From Felis catus (taxonomy: Eukaryota): a stretch of 64,000 bases of DNA. The notes beneath the pieces are model-generated. The model was not told the origin of the DNA. It made no database searches and worked only from the letters and a program-made list of their open reading frames with translations. The number at the start of each line of letters is the position of its first letter. The first letter of the stretch is position 1. The DNA lies in NCBI RefSeq assembly GCF_018350175.1, contig NC_058368.1, positions 14,820,001-14,884,000 of the forward strand. Direction: 5' to 3'. Shown here piece by piece: positions 27,171 to 39,190 of this stretch. Both the position numbers and the translations under genes were made by a program.

Positions 27171-27666
27171 CCAGGGCCCAATCTCTGCTGAAGCAATGAA
27201 GCCACACACAAACAGGGGAAAGCCATGTCTCTGGCCTGGGGGACTACAGTCCAGCTGAGACACAGGCTCACCCATGAAAAGGCAGCAGTCCAAGGGCCAT
27301 AAACTACATGCCAAGAGGCTGTCCAATGGCTGTCAAAAGCCAGATAATTCATCCCATGATCTAGGAGACCTGAGGCTGATCACTGAGGCTTCCTGGAAGT
27401 CAAGGGACACTAGGTGATCTTCACAGGGGGTTCCAAGCTAAGACACCCAGGAAGAGAATATATGCAAGTGGGTGAGGGGCAGAATGCCAGAGAACAGCCA
27501 CTGCCTTTGCTTCACAAATGCACGGCAGCCAGTGCATAAGCGATATTGTTCCCAGAGTTATCCTTCCCTGCTGGATCCCTACAGGCCCACCCATTTCTCA
27601 CTGCTTTCCACTCCCAGTGCCAAAGTACTGACTCAGAGCATTTGGGGCTGAAAGGCAATGCATGAT

Positions 27667-27766
27667 CCCGCCCCCCGCCCCCCTCGCCCCCAAAAGCTGC
27701 TGAGTTGGCTCCTCGGTCAAATGGTGATGACTCACCGGGAACAAATGCTGGTGGTGAAAGGCCAAT
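27667..27766. promoter_or_regulatory. Candidate enhancer motif cluster (GC boxes, AP-1, CCAAT)
   Basis: CCCGCCCC twice (27667-27691), TGACTCA 27728-27734, CCAAT 27762-27766; motif evidence only. Confidence 0.35.
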
Positions 27767-28065
27767 CATGGTCATTTACCTCATTCAAGTCTTAACAGCT
27801 GGAGAGCAGCAAGTTTCTGCAATGTGTTACCCAGCAGTAGGGCTGAAAATGGCCTTTGTCTCCACAGAGGGAACCACATGTGGGCGGTTGATTCCTCTTC
27901 TATGAGGAGGATTCTCTGAGCAACTGTGGCATCAAGTCAGCTGGCCCCGAGCACACGGGTTCTTTTGTCACGCTGGCTAAGCCCTATCACAGCCGAAAGT
28001 TTGCTCACTGGAAATATAGTGAAATCTCATATACTTAGGACTAACGGGAGAAACCCCTTTACGTA

Positions 28066-28386
28066 TTTTTTTTTAATTCTGGCAAAAGACACGAGATAAA
28101 ATTTACCATCTTCACCTTTTGCAAGTGTACAGTGGGTCGTGTTAAGAACGTTCACACTGTTGTGCAGCCATCACCATGATCTGTCTCCAAAAGACTTCAT
28201 CTTGCAAAACTGAAACCCTGTGCCCATTAAGCCATAGCTCCCCATTCTCCTCTGCCCCCGATGACCTCCATTCTAGGAAGCTGAAACCTCTAAATATCTC
28301 ATGTAAATGGGGGGAAAGTATTTGTCTTTTCGTGACTGGTTTATTTCGTTAAGCACCATGTTTTCAAGGTTCATCCACATTGTACC
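28066..28386 (-). mobile_element. L1 3' end (L1MB-like), left part
   Basis: Poly-T, AAAATTTACCATC, GTGACTGGTTTATTTC, TTCAAGGTTCATCCA; cut by the ERV LTR. Confidence 0.85.
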
Positions 28387-28723
28387 TGTTAAAAACAAAA
28401 AAGGAGTCACATGTGTTAAAGCCCATGTCACCAAACTAAGACTTAATACCTTAACCTAACTGCAGTTTCAATCTTCTCCAAGAATGTAGTCTTAGCTGGT
28501 CAGATTGGAATTTTCTGGGGAATGACCCTTCCTATCCCCCAAAGGAAGATGAGGTAATCTGTTCTTATTCCCTCTCTCTTCTGCCCATAAAAGCCTTCCA
28601 TTTGTACATCTCCTCAGCGCTCTTTCCTACTTGCTGGATGGGATGCTGCTTAATTCGTGAATCTCATTGAAAAAAGCTAATTAAATCTTCAAATTCACTC
28701 AGTTGAATTTTTGTTATTTCACA
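28387..28723 (+). mobile_element. ERV1 5' LTR (MER34/MER4-group-like)
   Basis: TGTTAAAAAC...GTTATTTCACA inverted termini, CATAAAA TATA-like, ATTAAA polyA-like signal, followed by a PBS. Confidence 0.8.
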
Positions 28724-28727
28724 TATT

Positions 28728-28749
28728 TGGTGGCAGCGAGCGGTGGGAT
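28728..28749 (+). other. Retroviral primer binding site, tRNA-Leu type
   Basis: TGGTGGCAGCG(AGCG)GTGGGAT is complementary to the 3' end of mammalian tRNA-Leu(AAG/TAG) (TGGTGGCAGCGGTGGGAT) apart from a 4-nt duplication. Confidence 0.8.
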
Positions 28750-29395
28750 TTGAAGTAAACTTGTAATGGCCTTTGGGGGCAACAAGAAACACAGGCATAG
28801 TACCTGCAAATGCCTTTTTGAGTTCTCTGCCTTTCTCGCTGTTTCTGGGGGCCATGGGTAAGTTCCTCTTGGTTCTAAGCTCTGCTCTCTTTGTGTCAAG
28901 CTCCCGATCTAATTGGCTTTCCAGTCAGTGCCCATTTGTTTGGAATCACTGGTTCCACACTGGGAGCTGCTGGGAGGTCAGGCCACAGTTGTTCATTGCA
29001 TTGGAAACTCCAGGCCTCGGTTTTGTCCCCAGATTCCATATTAGCAACTGCTGGCTGCAGTTCCCCATTTATTTGGAATCCTTCCCCAGATTCCACATTG
29101 GGAACTGCTGGTGGCAGCTGTAGCTCATTTGTTTGGAATCAGCCTGAAGACTGCATTTGTTGAGGTCTGCTGGTTCAATCCAATCTGCAGTCCCAGGTTA
29201 CATGTTGGGAGTTTTGGGTAGAGGGCATGGGACTTTTTCGTGGCCAGGCCGCAGCAATTGGTTACTTTTTTCTGTCAAGGTGCATGTGTTTGTTGATCTT
29301 GTTTTATGTAGATAAAAGCTAACTGCTAATGGGAACCTCAGAAGTAAAAAATCTGCAAAATTGGTGGGCACAGGTTGAGCATGTAAAAGCTGTTG

Positions 29396-29604
29396 GGGGT
29401 GCCCGGGTGGCTCAGTTGTTAAGCGTCTGCCTTCGGCTCAGGTCATGATCTCATGGTTCATGAGTTTGAGCCCTGCATCGGGCTCTGTGCTGACAGCTCA
29501 GAGCCTGGAGCTTGCTTGGGATTCTGTGTCTCCCTCTCTCTCTGCCCCTTCCCTGCTCACGCTCTGTCTCTCAAAAATAAACATTAAAAATTTTTTTTAA
29601 AAAA
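29396..29604 (+). mobile_element. Can-SINE (felid) inside ERV
   Basis: TSD AAAAGCTGTTGG. Confidence 0.94.
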
Positions 29605-29860
29605 AGCTGTTGGAGCACTCACTACACAACCCAAAGACTCGTATGTTAGGATAAGTTGGTCATGGAATGGACCGGATTGACACTAAGTCATCCATTAACT
29701 CAAGAAAAGTTCTGTGCAGTAAGGTCCACTGTAAACCACTGCACAATCCCCTTTGAGCACATCCCTCTTAGGTATTAGCTTGACTCCAAGAGCACCAAAG
29801 GTTTAGCTAAAAGAAATAGGATCCTTAAAATCGAAAGAGTTAATTGTACTATCTTCTGGT

Positions 29861-30380
29861 ACACATGCTTATTTTATACCTAAGAACTGTGATCCTGGAA
29901 GCTATAAATATTTACAAAAATGGTGAAATCTTACTTCATTTGTTCTGTGCCCTGAGAACTTCGCTTGGTAACACTCAAGTTGGGGACCCAAAATATGGCC
30001 AGATGAATATGTGGGTTGGACTCCATTTGTGGTTAGACATGGCTGGGTAGAAATGTGGGTTCAATTCTATTTGCTGCTAAGGTCTCACCCTACTGCTAGC
30101 CCTCTGAAGAATGACAATGGCCATTAGAAGGAAGGTTCCAATTAGGTAAGATCATTTAAGAAGTGTACTTAAAAGTAAGCATTCCCAAATTAAATAAATA
30201 GAATGGTATACCTATTTTAATTGGTATGCAGAAGCTTCCAAAAGGCTTCAGAATTCCAAAAGCATTTCATGAAAGTTACATGGCAAAAAGCTACTGAAAA
30301 ATTAAAGACAAGAGGTACCTCAAACAAGACTATGAAATGGACACAACTCCTACTGCTCCCCTTTATCTCCCTTTATTCAA
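29861..30380 (+). pseudogene. gag: Degraded ERV gag (matrix / late-domain region)
   Basis: Fragments THAYFIPKNCDPGSYKYLQKW*NLT, QWPLEGRFQLGKII*, IEWYTYFNWYAEASKRLQNSK and PTAPLY (30349-30366), with stops and frameshifts. Confidence 0.6.
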
Positions 30381-31522
30381 GTACCCATCCAGACAATCTT
30401 CTGTCTGAATTGCCTTTACATGGCCATAAACAAAAATCCATCAAGCTAGTAGCCTTACAGACACCCATGTATCTACCTTCAAAGGAGGGCCCCCATACAG
30501 GCCCCTGCCAGAGTTGGGGAAATTCTGAAGGATTTTCTGGTAAACTGCCACGTTATTCCCTTAACCAGCTAAGGGAAGCTGAAATTAAAATTAGAGCCTG
30601 CAGAGGGGATCCTGGGAAGACTAACAGAAGCCAGTGATAGGTGAGAATTCTTACCAAAGTCTGCTCTCCCAAACCTCTGTCCACAGTGCCCAGTTGAGAG
30701 AGAAAAATAAAATTGCATGTTGTCCTCTCTTTCCAAATCCAGACCCACTGATTCCTGATGCTATCTCTCTCAGGGACAGTTACTGCCTTCTTGTTTGTCT
30801 TGTTTTGTGTTTTAAGAGCTTGGCTTGGCTTTCTGCTTGCCTGGAACATACAGTTCTTTCCTTTGGTTGTCTTTGGGAGTGACTTTAGATCTTGGGAAGG
30901 TAATAACCTTTACACCCTCTTTGAGGATGCCTCTTGGGTCCATGGAGTTTTTTTTTTTTAAGACTGCCAGAAATATTTACCATGCGTTCTGGCTGAAACC
31001 TTACAAGATATTTGAAAGGACTTAATAACACTATGATCAGAAATTTGGCCCAATTGCAAACTGATATTCAGAGCCTGATGGGAAATTTTTTTAGGCCTTC
31101 TAAGCTCAATGTACCCAGAGGGAAAGAAAAACCTTCTAAAGCCCTTATGAAAGGATTTATGGGTGGATCAACTTATGATGTCATTTACATTGCAACCCAA
31201 TTCTTTGAGGAATTAAGAGCAACTGTCCTCATCTTACAAATCCTTCCAAAACTAGAAATGCAGCTCTAGAGACAGTTCAAAGTTCACCTATTCCTTTTTT
31301 TTAAACCAATCCTAAAACCTCCCCTATTTAACTTATAAAGGCTTATAACTTGCATTCTTCCCTGTGCCTTTGAGATTATATATGTCAAAGTACAAACTTC
31401 AATGAGGTGATTCGTATTAGAAGAAAAACAAGGGGGAAAGGTCATTTGGAATCTGGACTAAGGGGAAATCTTAAGTGTACAGAAGCTATAAGGTCTCTGT
31501 ATGCATCTGTCGGTACGTTTAT

Positions 31523-31529
31523 GTGCGTG

Positions 31530-31572
<43 letters not shown>
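31523..31572. repeat. (GT)n microsatellite within ERV
   Basis: Direct reading. Confidence 0.95.
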
Positions 31573-31575
<3 letters not shown>

Positions 31576-32323
31576 ATAAATGTGTGGTATTTTCTACCTC
31601 TGGATAGTATTGCCAAAATTAATTTGTAGAAGAGCTCTATTTAATTGGCTTAAAGAAAATCAAGCACTTATATAAGTATTCATTAAAATTCTCAAAAATA
31701 TAATAGAAACTAACCCAACCACTTTTCAGGGTCATGTGAGCTGAGAAAATCTTTGGCAAATAAAAGTTAGCTTTAGGTTTGGCTTCATTAAAATAGGAAT
31801 GTCTTCAGAGCTGCAGCATTAAATATAATGTAGACATACAATTTTTATTTTGCCGGGGTTTATTAGTCAAATAAGCTCAGGTTATCTCTGTTACAAAATC
31901 TGTCAGTCAGCAAAATAACTTAGAATAATGGCTGACTTTGCCTGATGTCTCATGAAGTTTTTGTGGGTCATATAAACATAATTATCAAGAACAAGTAAAT
32001 TAAATAGATGTAATAGAATAAAAAAAATTTAGCTGAAATTTTTAAAAAATTTCCCCAAATATTTTTGGTAAACTGAAGCATTAAAGTTTTGCTAAGTTAA
32101 ATTAAATGATGGACAGTCATTAAATAGCTAGATCATTTCCAAATAAGACAAAATACTAAAAAAATTAATCACTGAACATGGTTTCCTTTCACAGAGGAAC
32201 TAAAGATATTTGTGTCCCTTTAAACATGTCCTGTGCTATACTGAAAAATTTACTATGAAGAAACCTACCTCTAAAAATTATAAAAAGTATTTTATGTTTG
32301 TCAAGCAATAGAATGCTAATACA

Positions 32324-32547
32324 GGGGCGCCTGGGTGGCGCAGTCAGTTAAGCGTCCGACTTCAGCCAGGTCACGATCTCGCGGTCTGTGAGTTCGAGCC
32401 CCGCATCAGGCTCTGGGCTGATGGCTCGGAGCCTGGAGCCTGTTTCCGATTCTGTGTCTCCCTCTCTCTCTGCCCCTCCCCCGTTCATGCTCTGTCTCTC
32501 TCTGTCCCAAAAATAAATAAAAACATTGAAAAAAAATTAAAAAAAAA
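32324..32547 (+). mobile_element. Young felid SINEC_Fc inside ERV
   Basis: CpG-rich consensus-like copy; perfect TSD AGAATGCTAATACA. Confidence 0.96.
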
Positions 32548-32860
32548 AGAATGCTAATACAAAAGGCAGTTCATAATTCTCTACTTCATTTTCGCTAAAA
32601 ATCAAGGGCTTTAGGGTCAAAATTCTAATATATACTAAAAGCTACAAGAAATAATAAGGGAAATATCTCTATGTAGGGAAAGAAGGACTTGTGTTTTGGT
32701 AAAAGAAGGCATGAAGAATGGAGATGCATCTTGTTGAGAAAAAAGTTGAGAAAAAAGAAGGTTTGTGGAAAACGAATCTCTGAAAAGAGATTTTCTGTCT
32801 GGTCAGGGCTGGCTAAGATTGGAATAAATTTAATTAAGTGAATGAGTTCTAGTATCAAGA

Positions 32861-33028
32861 CAATTTTTAATTTTTTTGAGTAACTGTCATACTGTTTCCC
32901 TTAATAGCTGTGCCACATTATAACCCCACCAACATTGTACAAGGGTTCCAATTTCTCCCATTCTCGTCAACACTTGTTATTTTCTGGTCTTTTTTTGATA
33001 GAAGCCATCCTAGTGGATGTGAGGTGGA
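32861..33028 (-). mobile_element. L1 (L1MB-like), right part of the element split by the ERV
   Basis: TTTTTAATTTTTTTGAG...CATACTGTTT...CAAGGGTTCCAATTTCTCC...GCCATCCTAGTGGATGTGAGGTGG. Confidence 0.82.
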
Positions 33029-34789
33029 CCTTTTAAAACTCTTCCCAAGGTTGAAATTCTAGGAAAAAGTCCTAATTCTTAAACCTTGCAGTAGTACTTA
33101 ATGGTTACAGAAATGTATCACATGCACTGAAGATTTAAATCCCTTACTGCCTCCAGATTCTACACACCCCAGGAAGGACGCTGGGTCTGAGTGGAGGAGT
33201 GTTAGGGTGGACCCCTAGAGGACTTTTCACAAGAGAGAGAAGAAACCAAGAATTCGACGGCCAATGTGAGGGCAGCCAATGTAAGTGAATTCCAGCTTAG
33301 TGAAGTCAGAATTCATAAAGTTCCACTAATTTCCAAACCCAGAGTGGGCCCACAAAGAAAGCACAATGTGAACATTAACAAAACCGAGCAAACATCACTA
33401 TAAATGACTCAAAACAAGTGAATACTTTTCTTTCAGTCTCCAGATTCGGAATACGATTTTTCAAAAATCTAAAACCAGATTGCTAAGTCACATACTTAGG
33501 GGGAGATACAAGTGATTTAGGACTGTTCGGTTTCCAAAGTCCATTCATTAGGGTGAATGGCTTTTTCATGTTTTATCTATCAAGCTTCCCATAGGGTCCA
33601 GAAGTCTTTTAAAAAGTTGAGAGATACAGAGGAAGACCCTCCCCACCAGCTTCTTTTCTAAGGTTGGTTGAGAGTTCATCTCTGGAAAGTACTTCTCCCA
33701 AGGACCCAAGCCAAACCCATCCTGGGCCTGGTTACCATCTCTTATTCCTTCCATTACCAAGCCCATAAGTGGAGCCAAGTTCAGTCAGTGGAGATTCCTT
33801 AGCCTGAATCTTTCCATCAGGAAGTTAAAGATTTGTAAAGAAGAACTAGCAAATACAGGCAACAGCAATGAATTGCAATCTGCAAATCTGGGTTTGACTT
33901 GACCTTGACTGTGGGCAAAAAGCTCAACCTCTTTGAACCTTTATATTCTCAACTGTAAAATGGGGTGCATACCCCTTACTGTACCTACTGGTACAGATCT
34001 CAGCATTAAGGGGAAACTTCTGGAACACAACTACTGTCAACAGAAGCTCAAAAATAATAGATTTTTACAACCAGAGACTAGTCAAATAATCCCAGAAAGT
34101 TCTCTTCTGGTTGCTGACCCCTAGGGTCGATGTCTGTCTTCTAGCTGAAGATATGCTTTCAGCTGATGTTCACAAAATAAATGCTAATATAATGTAATAC
34201 TCTGGTCATCCTTTCAAGTTCTGTGATTAACAGTTGTACCCTGTGTGAGACCTAGATGAAGCCACCACATCATTCACTCAGATCAGGGTGAGACAGCTCT
34301 GGGCGCTCTCCACCTTGGCGGCTGTTTTTCCCCCAATGTTGGGGTGGTGAGGTAATGGCCTCATGTATTCCCCAATCCTGCAGTGGGTGAGGGGGTAGCT
34401 TCCCTCCTGCCCTTGTCATGCTGTTGGGCTGGTGGCAACAAACCATTGACTCTGGAGTTTCAGAAACATGGACACTCACACCACCTGCACTGTCTGCATT
34501 GCTAAATTCAATTTCTCTCTTTTCCATTTTTATGGGGGATAATTCTGCCACCATAACCCTTTCCAGGGCAGGGGAAAATGCTCTGTAGAGAGAGAAGTTC
34601 TCCATTTGCTTTTCCTTTTTCCATCTGAATTCACTTTCTTCTTTAATTTTCTAGAATTCCCCTGCTCCAGGTATCTATCACCTTTCTTCCTATCCCCTGA
34701 GTTATTCAGTTAATGTTCCCACCCACCTATCCTACCTTCCCAGCCCATTCCTCCTTTGGCTGTCACACCTGACAGCCCCCAACCCCCCA

Positions 34790-34828
<39 letters not shown>
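34790..34828. repeat. (CA)n microsatellite
   Basis: Direct reading. Confidence 0.95.
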
Positions 34829-34829
<1 letters not shown>

Positions 34830-34896
34830 GAAGTCTCCCTGTGTGTCAGTGCCCTGGTCCCAGCAGCACCATAATCATGCCTCTGCAGTGCCATCC

Positions 34897-34910
34897 ATCA
34901 CCATGGAAAC
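34897..34910 (-). promoter_or_regulatory. RFX X-box-like motif
   Basis: GTTTCCATGGTGAT on the minus strand; motif match only. Confidence 0.35.
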
Positions 34911-36861
34911 GAGCATTTGCAGGCACTACAGACACACACAGCCATTACTGCGGCTAGTGCCTGTCAATCCACATGTGAGTGTGTGCGCTTAAAATAGAAG
35001 TTCTGCGAATAAAAACAGCAATTAGGGAAATCTGGAAATCTTCCTGAATACAGATTCATTTAGCCCTACTGCCAGATGACTTCCCTTTCACATCGCCTTT
35101 CTCCACCGTTGCTCCTTGGTGGAGGTGTGGAAAGCCAATAAGCCAGTTCTCCCTGGAAACAATGCCTCCTGCAAGGGGGATTAGCCATCCTTAGGGATTT
35201 TAGGTTATGAGGATCAACAATAGCAGGTGTGGCACGAGCAGTCCCTTTAGAAAATCTGACACTGATCCCTGTTCTCTGCTTCAAAAAAAAATGGGAACAC
35301 TTAAAATACAAAATGGGAGAAGAGACAGTCTTTAGGGAATAATAAGTGAAATGCAATTCAAAAGAAGCTAAAACATAAATACCAGGGAAGTAGAGGAGGC
35401 TAGAAAAGAAAGCTGACTGAGGGTCTGTTCCTTTTGCAATTAGCAAAGTGGTAAGCGACTAAAAGGTAATTGACAGCTCTCTAGGCACCAGTAAAGTGGT
35501 TTCTGCAAAGAGAGGGCACGGCAGCCTGATCCCATGGGAGTTAGGGACTTGGTGGCCTGAAGGCTCAAGGTCAGGCTGGCTGTGTTGGGCCACTAAGCCC
35601 ATGCTGCCTATTCAGGCTGGCCATGCTTCCCTTTCCGGCTGTGCCACCCAGTAGAACATTAAGAGTTCATTCTAAAATGCAGAGTTGGCCCCCAAATAAT
35701 CTCTTCCAGTGGAAAAAAAAAGATATTTTATCACAAAGAAATTCATATCCTCAGCATAAGAAGCATTAGTATTCCTCTTTATCCCTAGGTGTAAAGAGAA
35801 GTAAAAAAAAATCTGAAGAATCATAATCAGAGAGCTGGAGAAGATATCAAGAGTTCACAAGGTCTAGCTGTACTCAGAAGATGGATAAGGTACATTATTC
35901 CCGCTTTACAAAAGGAGGCCAGGGAGGACCAGGAAGTTGAGGAGTCATTCCTAAACTCAGTCTAGCAGGTGACCCCTTCCCTCCTTGTAGAGCTTATTCC
36001 CATTACACCTTTTCACAGCTATGCATCTGGCTTTCATTGCTATATCTCAGCCTGTATACAGACTTTTAATCAGATCTGAATAGCCAGCTAAAATAAAAAG
36101 CACATACCAAGGATGCAGAATTGATCACTTCTGTCACAAAAACAGCAATTTTCATAATTTGGCTGAGACTGGCTTCTTGGGATGGTTTCTTGTGCTGATC
36201 ACTACTATCCTTCTCTAAGTAAATGACTGGGGGTGGAGGATGGAGAAATATAGACACCGCTGGGGCCCGCGTGATCTTAATAGAAGATCAAGACCTAGAT
36301 CCTTCCCTAAGTAACAGGCTGCGTTTGTAAGTAGACCGACCCCTTGGTTTTTCAGTACACAGACCAGCCACTAATGACATGTTCAGTGCGGGCCGAGCAC
36401 AGGACATGTGGTCTCAGGGGGGAGACCCACGGAGTAGTAAAGGGAAACATGGTGGGAAGGCAAGTCCTGCTGCCTCAAGGAGGCCTGGATAATAACTTGT
36501 AAAAAGTCATTGATGTTTGCACTAAGAATGTTTTGCGTGTTTATGAAAGCTCCATTTTCCTATGACATAGGAAAATGTGTAGAAAAACCTTAAAATCGTC
36601 TGCTTTCCCCGTGCTTCCATTAACTGAGCAGAAACAGGGGTGGGGACTGTGCCAGGTCAGCTGGAGACTGGCTCACAGTGAAATACTGATGGCGACTTCT
36701 CCGTAGAGGCAGTGGCATTCATGCAGATGGCCAGCCAACAGCCTCTCACATGTCCACAAAGACACAAATCTCCAGGTGTCTGGACCTCTGGGCAGTGGGG
36801 CCAAGCCCCGCAGAAGGACCAGGACGGGTCACTGAGAGACTGGGGTCCAAGCATACCCCCA

Positions 36862-36921
36862 TTCCTTCCTCCTTCCTGCTTCCTGCTTCCTGCTTCCTCC
36901 TTCCTCCTTCCTCCTTCCTCC
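36862..36921. repeat. Pyrimidine-rich 7-mer tandem (CTTCCTG/CTTCCTC)n
   Basis: Direct reading. Confidence 0.9.
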
Positions 36922-37059
36922 ACAAAGTAAATTCTGCAGAATCTTTCTGGTCCAGCTGCTTCCTGCACCAAACTGACGTTCGTTCCTCCTCAGCCCCCCT
37001 TTTCCAGGGAGGGGGGACACCCCTGTGGATACTTTTCTTTTTCACTCATCGCAGTCTGG

Positions 37060-37250
37060 TGCTAGACTCTGGGCTAAACCCTTTCACATACATTATCTCA
37101 CTGCATACTTACAATGACCCTGAAGAGGATCACTGCTCCATTTTTTCACATATAAAATGGGAGGAAGCTGAGAGAAGACACCTGACCCACCCTGAGTGAT
37201 GAGGCCAAAAACGGGGGAGCTGAGATGGAATTGAAGTCTGTAAAACTGGG
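37060..37250 (-). mobile_element. MIR
   Basis: TTTCACATACATTATCTCA...CCATTTTTTCACATAT...GAGGAAGCTGAG. Confidence 0.55.
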
Positions 37251-38118
37251 TTCTTTTCCCTCAGATTTTAGGTAACCCAATGCTATGTGCTCCAAAGGCC
37301 AGACCTCAGTGTGCAGATTACTCGTGTCTGAACGTTTCCAGATTTCTTACTCCATGGTCTCCTCATTGCTTCTCACTTCTTTCCTACTAGGGCCAGGGAG
37401 CACCCCCCCTGCTGGGGGTCCCGGATCCCAGGCCCAGGTCACTGCATGTTGTGCCAGTGATGACAGGTTCTGCTCTCACCGGATCCCCTTCTGGGCCTTC
37501 CCAGCCCCTTCTCGTCACTTCTCTCTGTCCTGGCACTTCCCAGCTTAGCCAGCCTCCATCTAACAGTCCTCAGGACTCTGCTACACCAGCCTTCCCCGCA
37601 CGCTGGCTGAGCCACAGCACAGGACCAGCCCCTGGCGTGAGAGCGGCATGCTGACACGAGCCCCTGCAGAGGAGATCACGCACCCAGGCCGCAGGCAACG
37701 AGACTCACTCACGCATGAGGCTGGGGGGCCGTTTTGTACCCATGCTGCGTAGCCAGCTGCTCACAGCATTCCTGATGCCGGTGCCAACCCTCCCCTCTGC
37801 AACCCAGGAGAGCCACCTGGAAGATGTCTGACACTCACTCACTCTGCAGCCCACCCAGAGGCCGAGGCAAAGTTTTGGCAGAAAAAGAGCATTGACTCAT
37901 TTTTTGATTCGCATCTTATAGCTTAGTATTTATTTTACCATTTATGAGATCCAACAGAATGGCCTAACAGAGCTTCCCCACTGCATGCAGATGGCTTTCT
38001 CGTTACCCATTCTGGTCTCAATCTTTATAAGTCTATTCTTCAACACCTGACCCGGAGTTACAGAAACTGGTTACTCCTCACTGTCTTCTGAAATACTAGC
38101 ATGTCTTGATAAATAGCA

Positions 38119-38132
38119 GTTTCCATGGAGAT
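38119..38132 (+). promoter_or_regulatory. RFX X-box-like motif
   Basis: GTTTCCATGGAGAT; motif match only. Confidence 0.35.
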
Positions 38133-38978
38133 GACAAAGGAACATTACCCATTTTGCAGTGAGCTTCTGATTTTATCTTGAACCATTAGCTTTTACCACA
38201 GCTCATTCATTATTTATTTGCAGTAAGGAAATGGCTGCGGCCCAAAACATTTCAGGAGACCTGCGTCAGCATGGCGGCCCAGAACTACACGCAGGTCATT
38301 AGCAGCACACGGCCAGGAGGGGAGCCAAGTCCCAGATTTAAAGAGCCCTCGGAAATTACACACCGGCCCTCTCTGGCCTGCAGTCACATACATCCTCTAC
38401 AACGTAAATCTCAATTTTCAACATATGATAAATTAAAAACTTTACACGCTACCCCATCATTTAGAGGATAATGAGGTACAATATCCATGCTACATTCGCA
38501 CTCTCCAACGTCAACTGCATGTTGTTCTTCCCTGAGTGAACTCTCTGCCCCCACTGACTCCCTTACAATATAGGTTTACTGGAAAAGTTTATGTGAATTC
38601 AATTTTTATAATAGATACATACTTTGGAACTCCAAAACATGATCCTTGCAGAGTCTCTTTTACATTTTTCACCTTTGAAGACCATCGTGACTCTTAAAAA
38701 AATAACTGATACATGATAGATTAAGAGTTGATAAGTACCAGATATAGTCATTGTACTTGGAAAGGGGAATGATGACATCATAAATCACTTCTTTTTAAGA
38801 CAGTAGAACTCTGGGGTAGCCAGTCTCAATTATGTTCTTTCATATATGCCTAATAAAAATATGAAAATCATATCTGAGGGCAGCACACCTATGAAGAGAC
38901 AGTAATAAGCATAGAGAACACATTCATGGTCCAAGATCCAAGTTCCCAACAATCTCTGCCTTTTAAAACCACGTTTTG

Positions 38979-39171
38979 GGGGACAGGGGTGGCTCAGTCA
39001 GTTAAGCATCTGATTCTTGATTTCAGCTCAGGTTGTCATCTTACGGTTCATAAGTTCGAGCCCCGTGTCAGGCTCCACAATGTCAGCACAGGACCTGCTT
39101 GGGATTCTCTCTCCCTCTCTCTGTGCCCCTCCCTATCTCTCTCTCCCTCAAAAAAATAAACATTAAAAAAA
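38979..39171 (+). mobile_element. Can-SINE (first of tandem pair)
   Basis: Head, body and tail; flanked by TAAAACCA(C/T)GTT. Confidence 0.92.
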
Positions 39172-39190
39172 GTATTAAAACCATGTTATA

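Larger units (their letters stand above)
28724..32860 (+). mobile_element. ERV1 internal region (MER4/MER34-int-like), 3'-truncated
   Basis: PBS, repetitive leader, gag remnant and AT-rich MER4-group-like internal text; no pol/env ORF and no 3' LTR seen. Confidence 0.72.

Noticed and set aside
28930..29142. CRISPR-like repeat-spacer pattern
   Set aside because: Units are degenerate, irregularly spaced and lie in an ERV leader of a mammalian genome; no cas genes.
30221..30637. 138-aa ORF inside the ERV as an intact viral or domesticated gene
   Set aside because: The gag-like motifs (WYAEASKR, PTAPLY) are in other frames and broken by stops, so this ORF is incidental.
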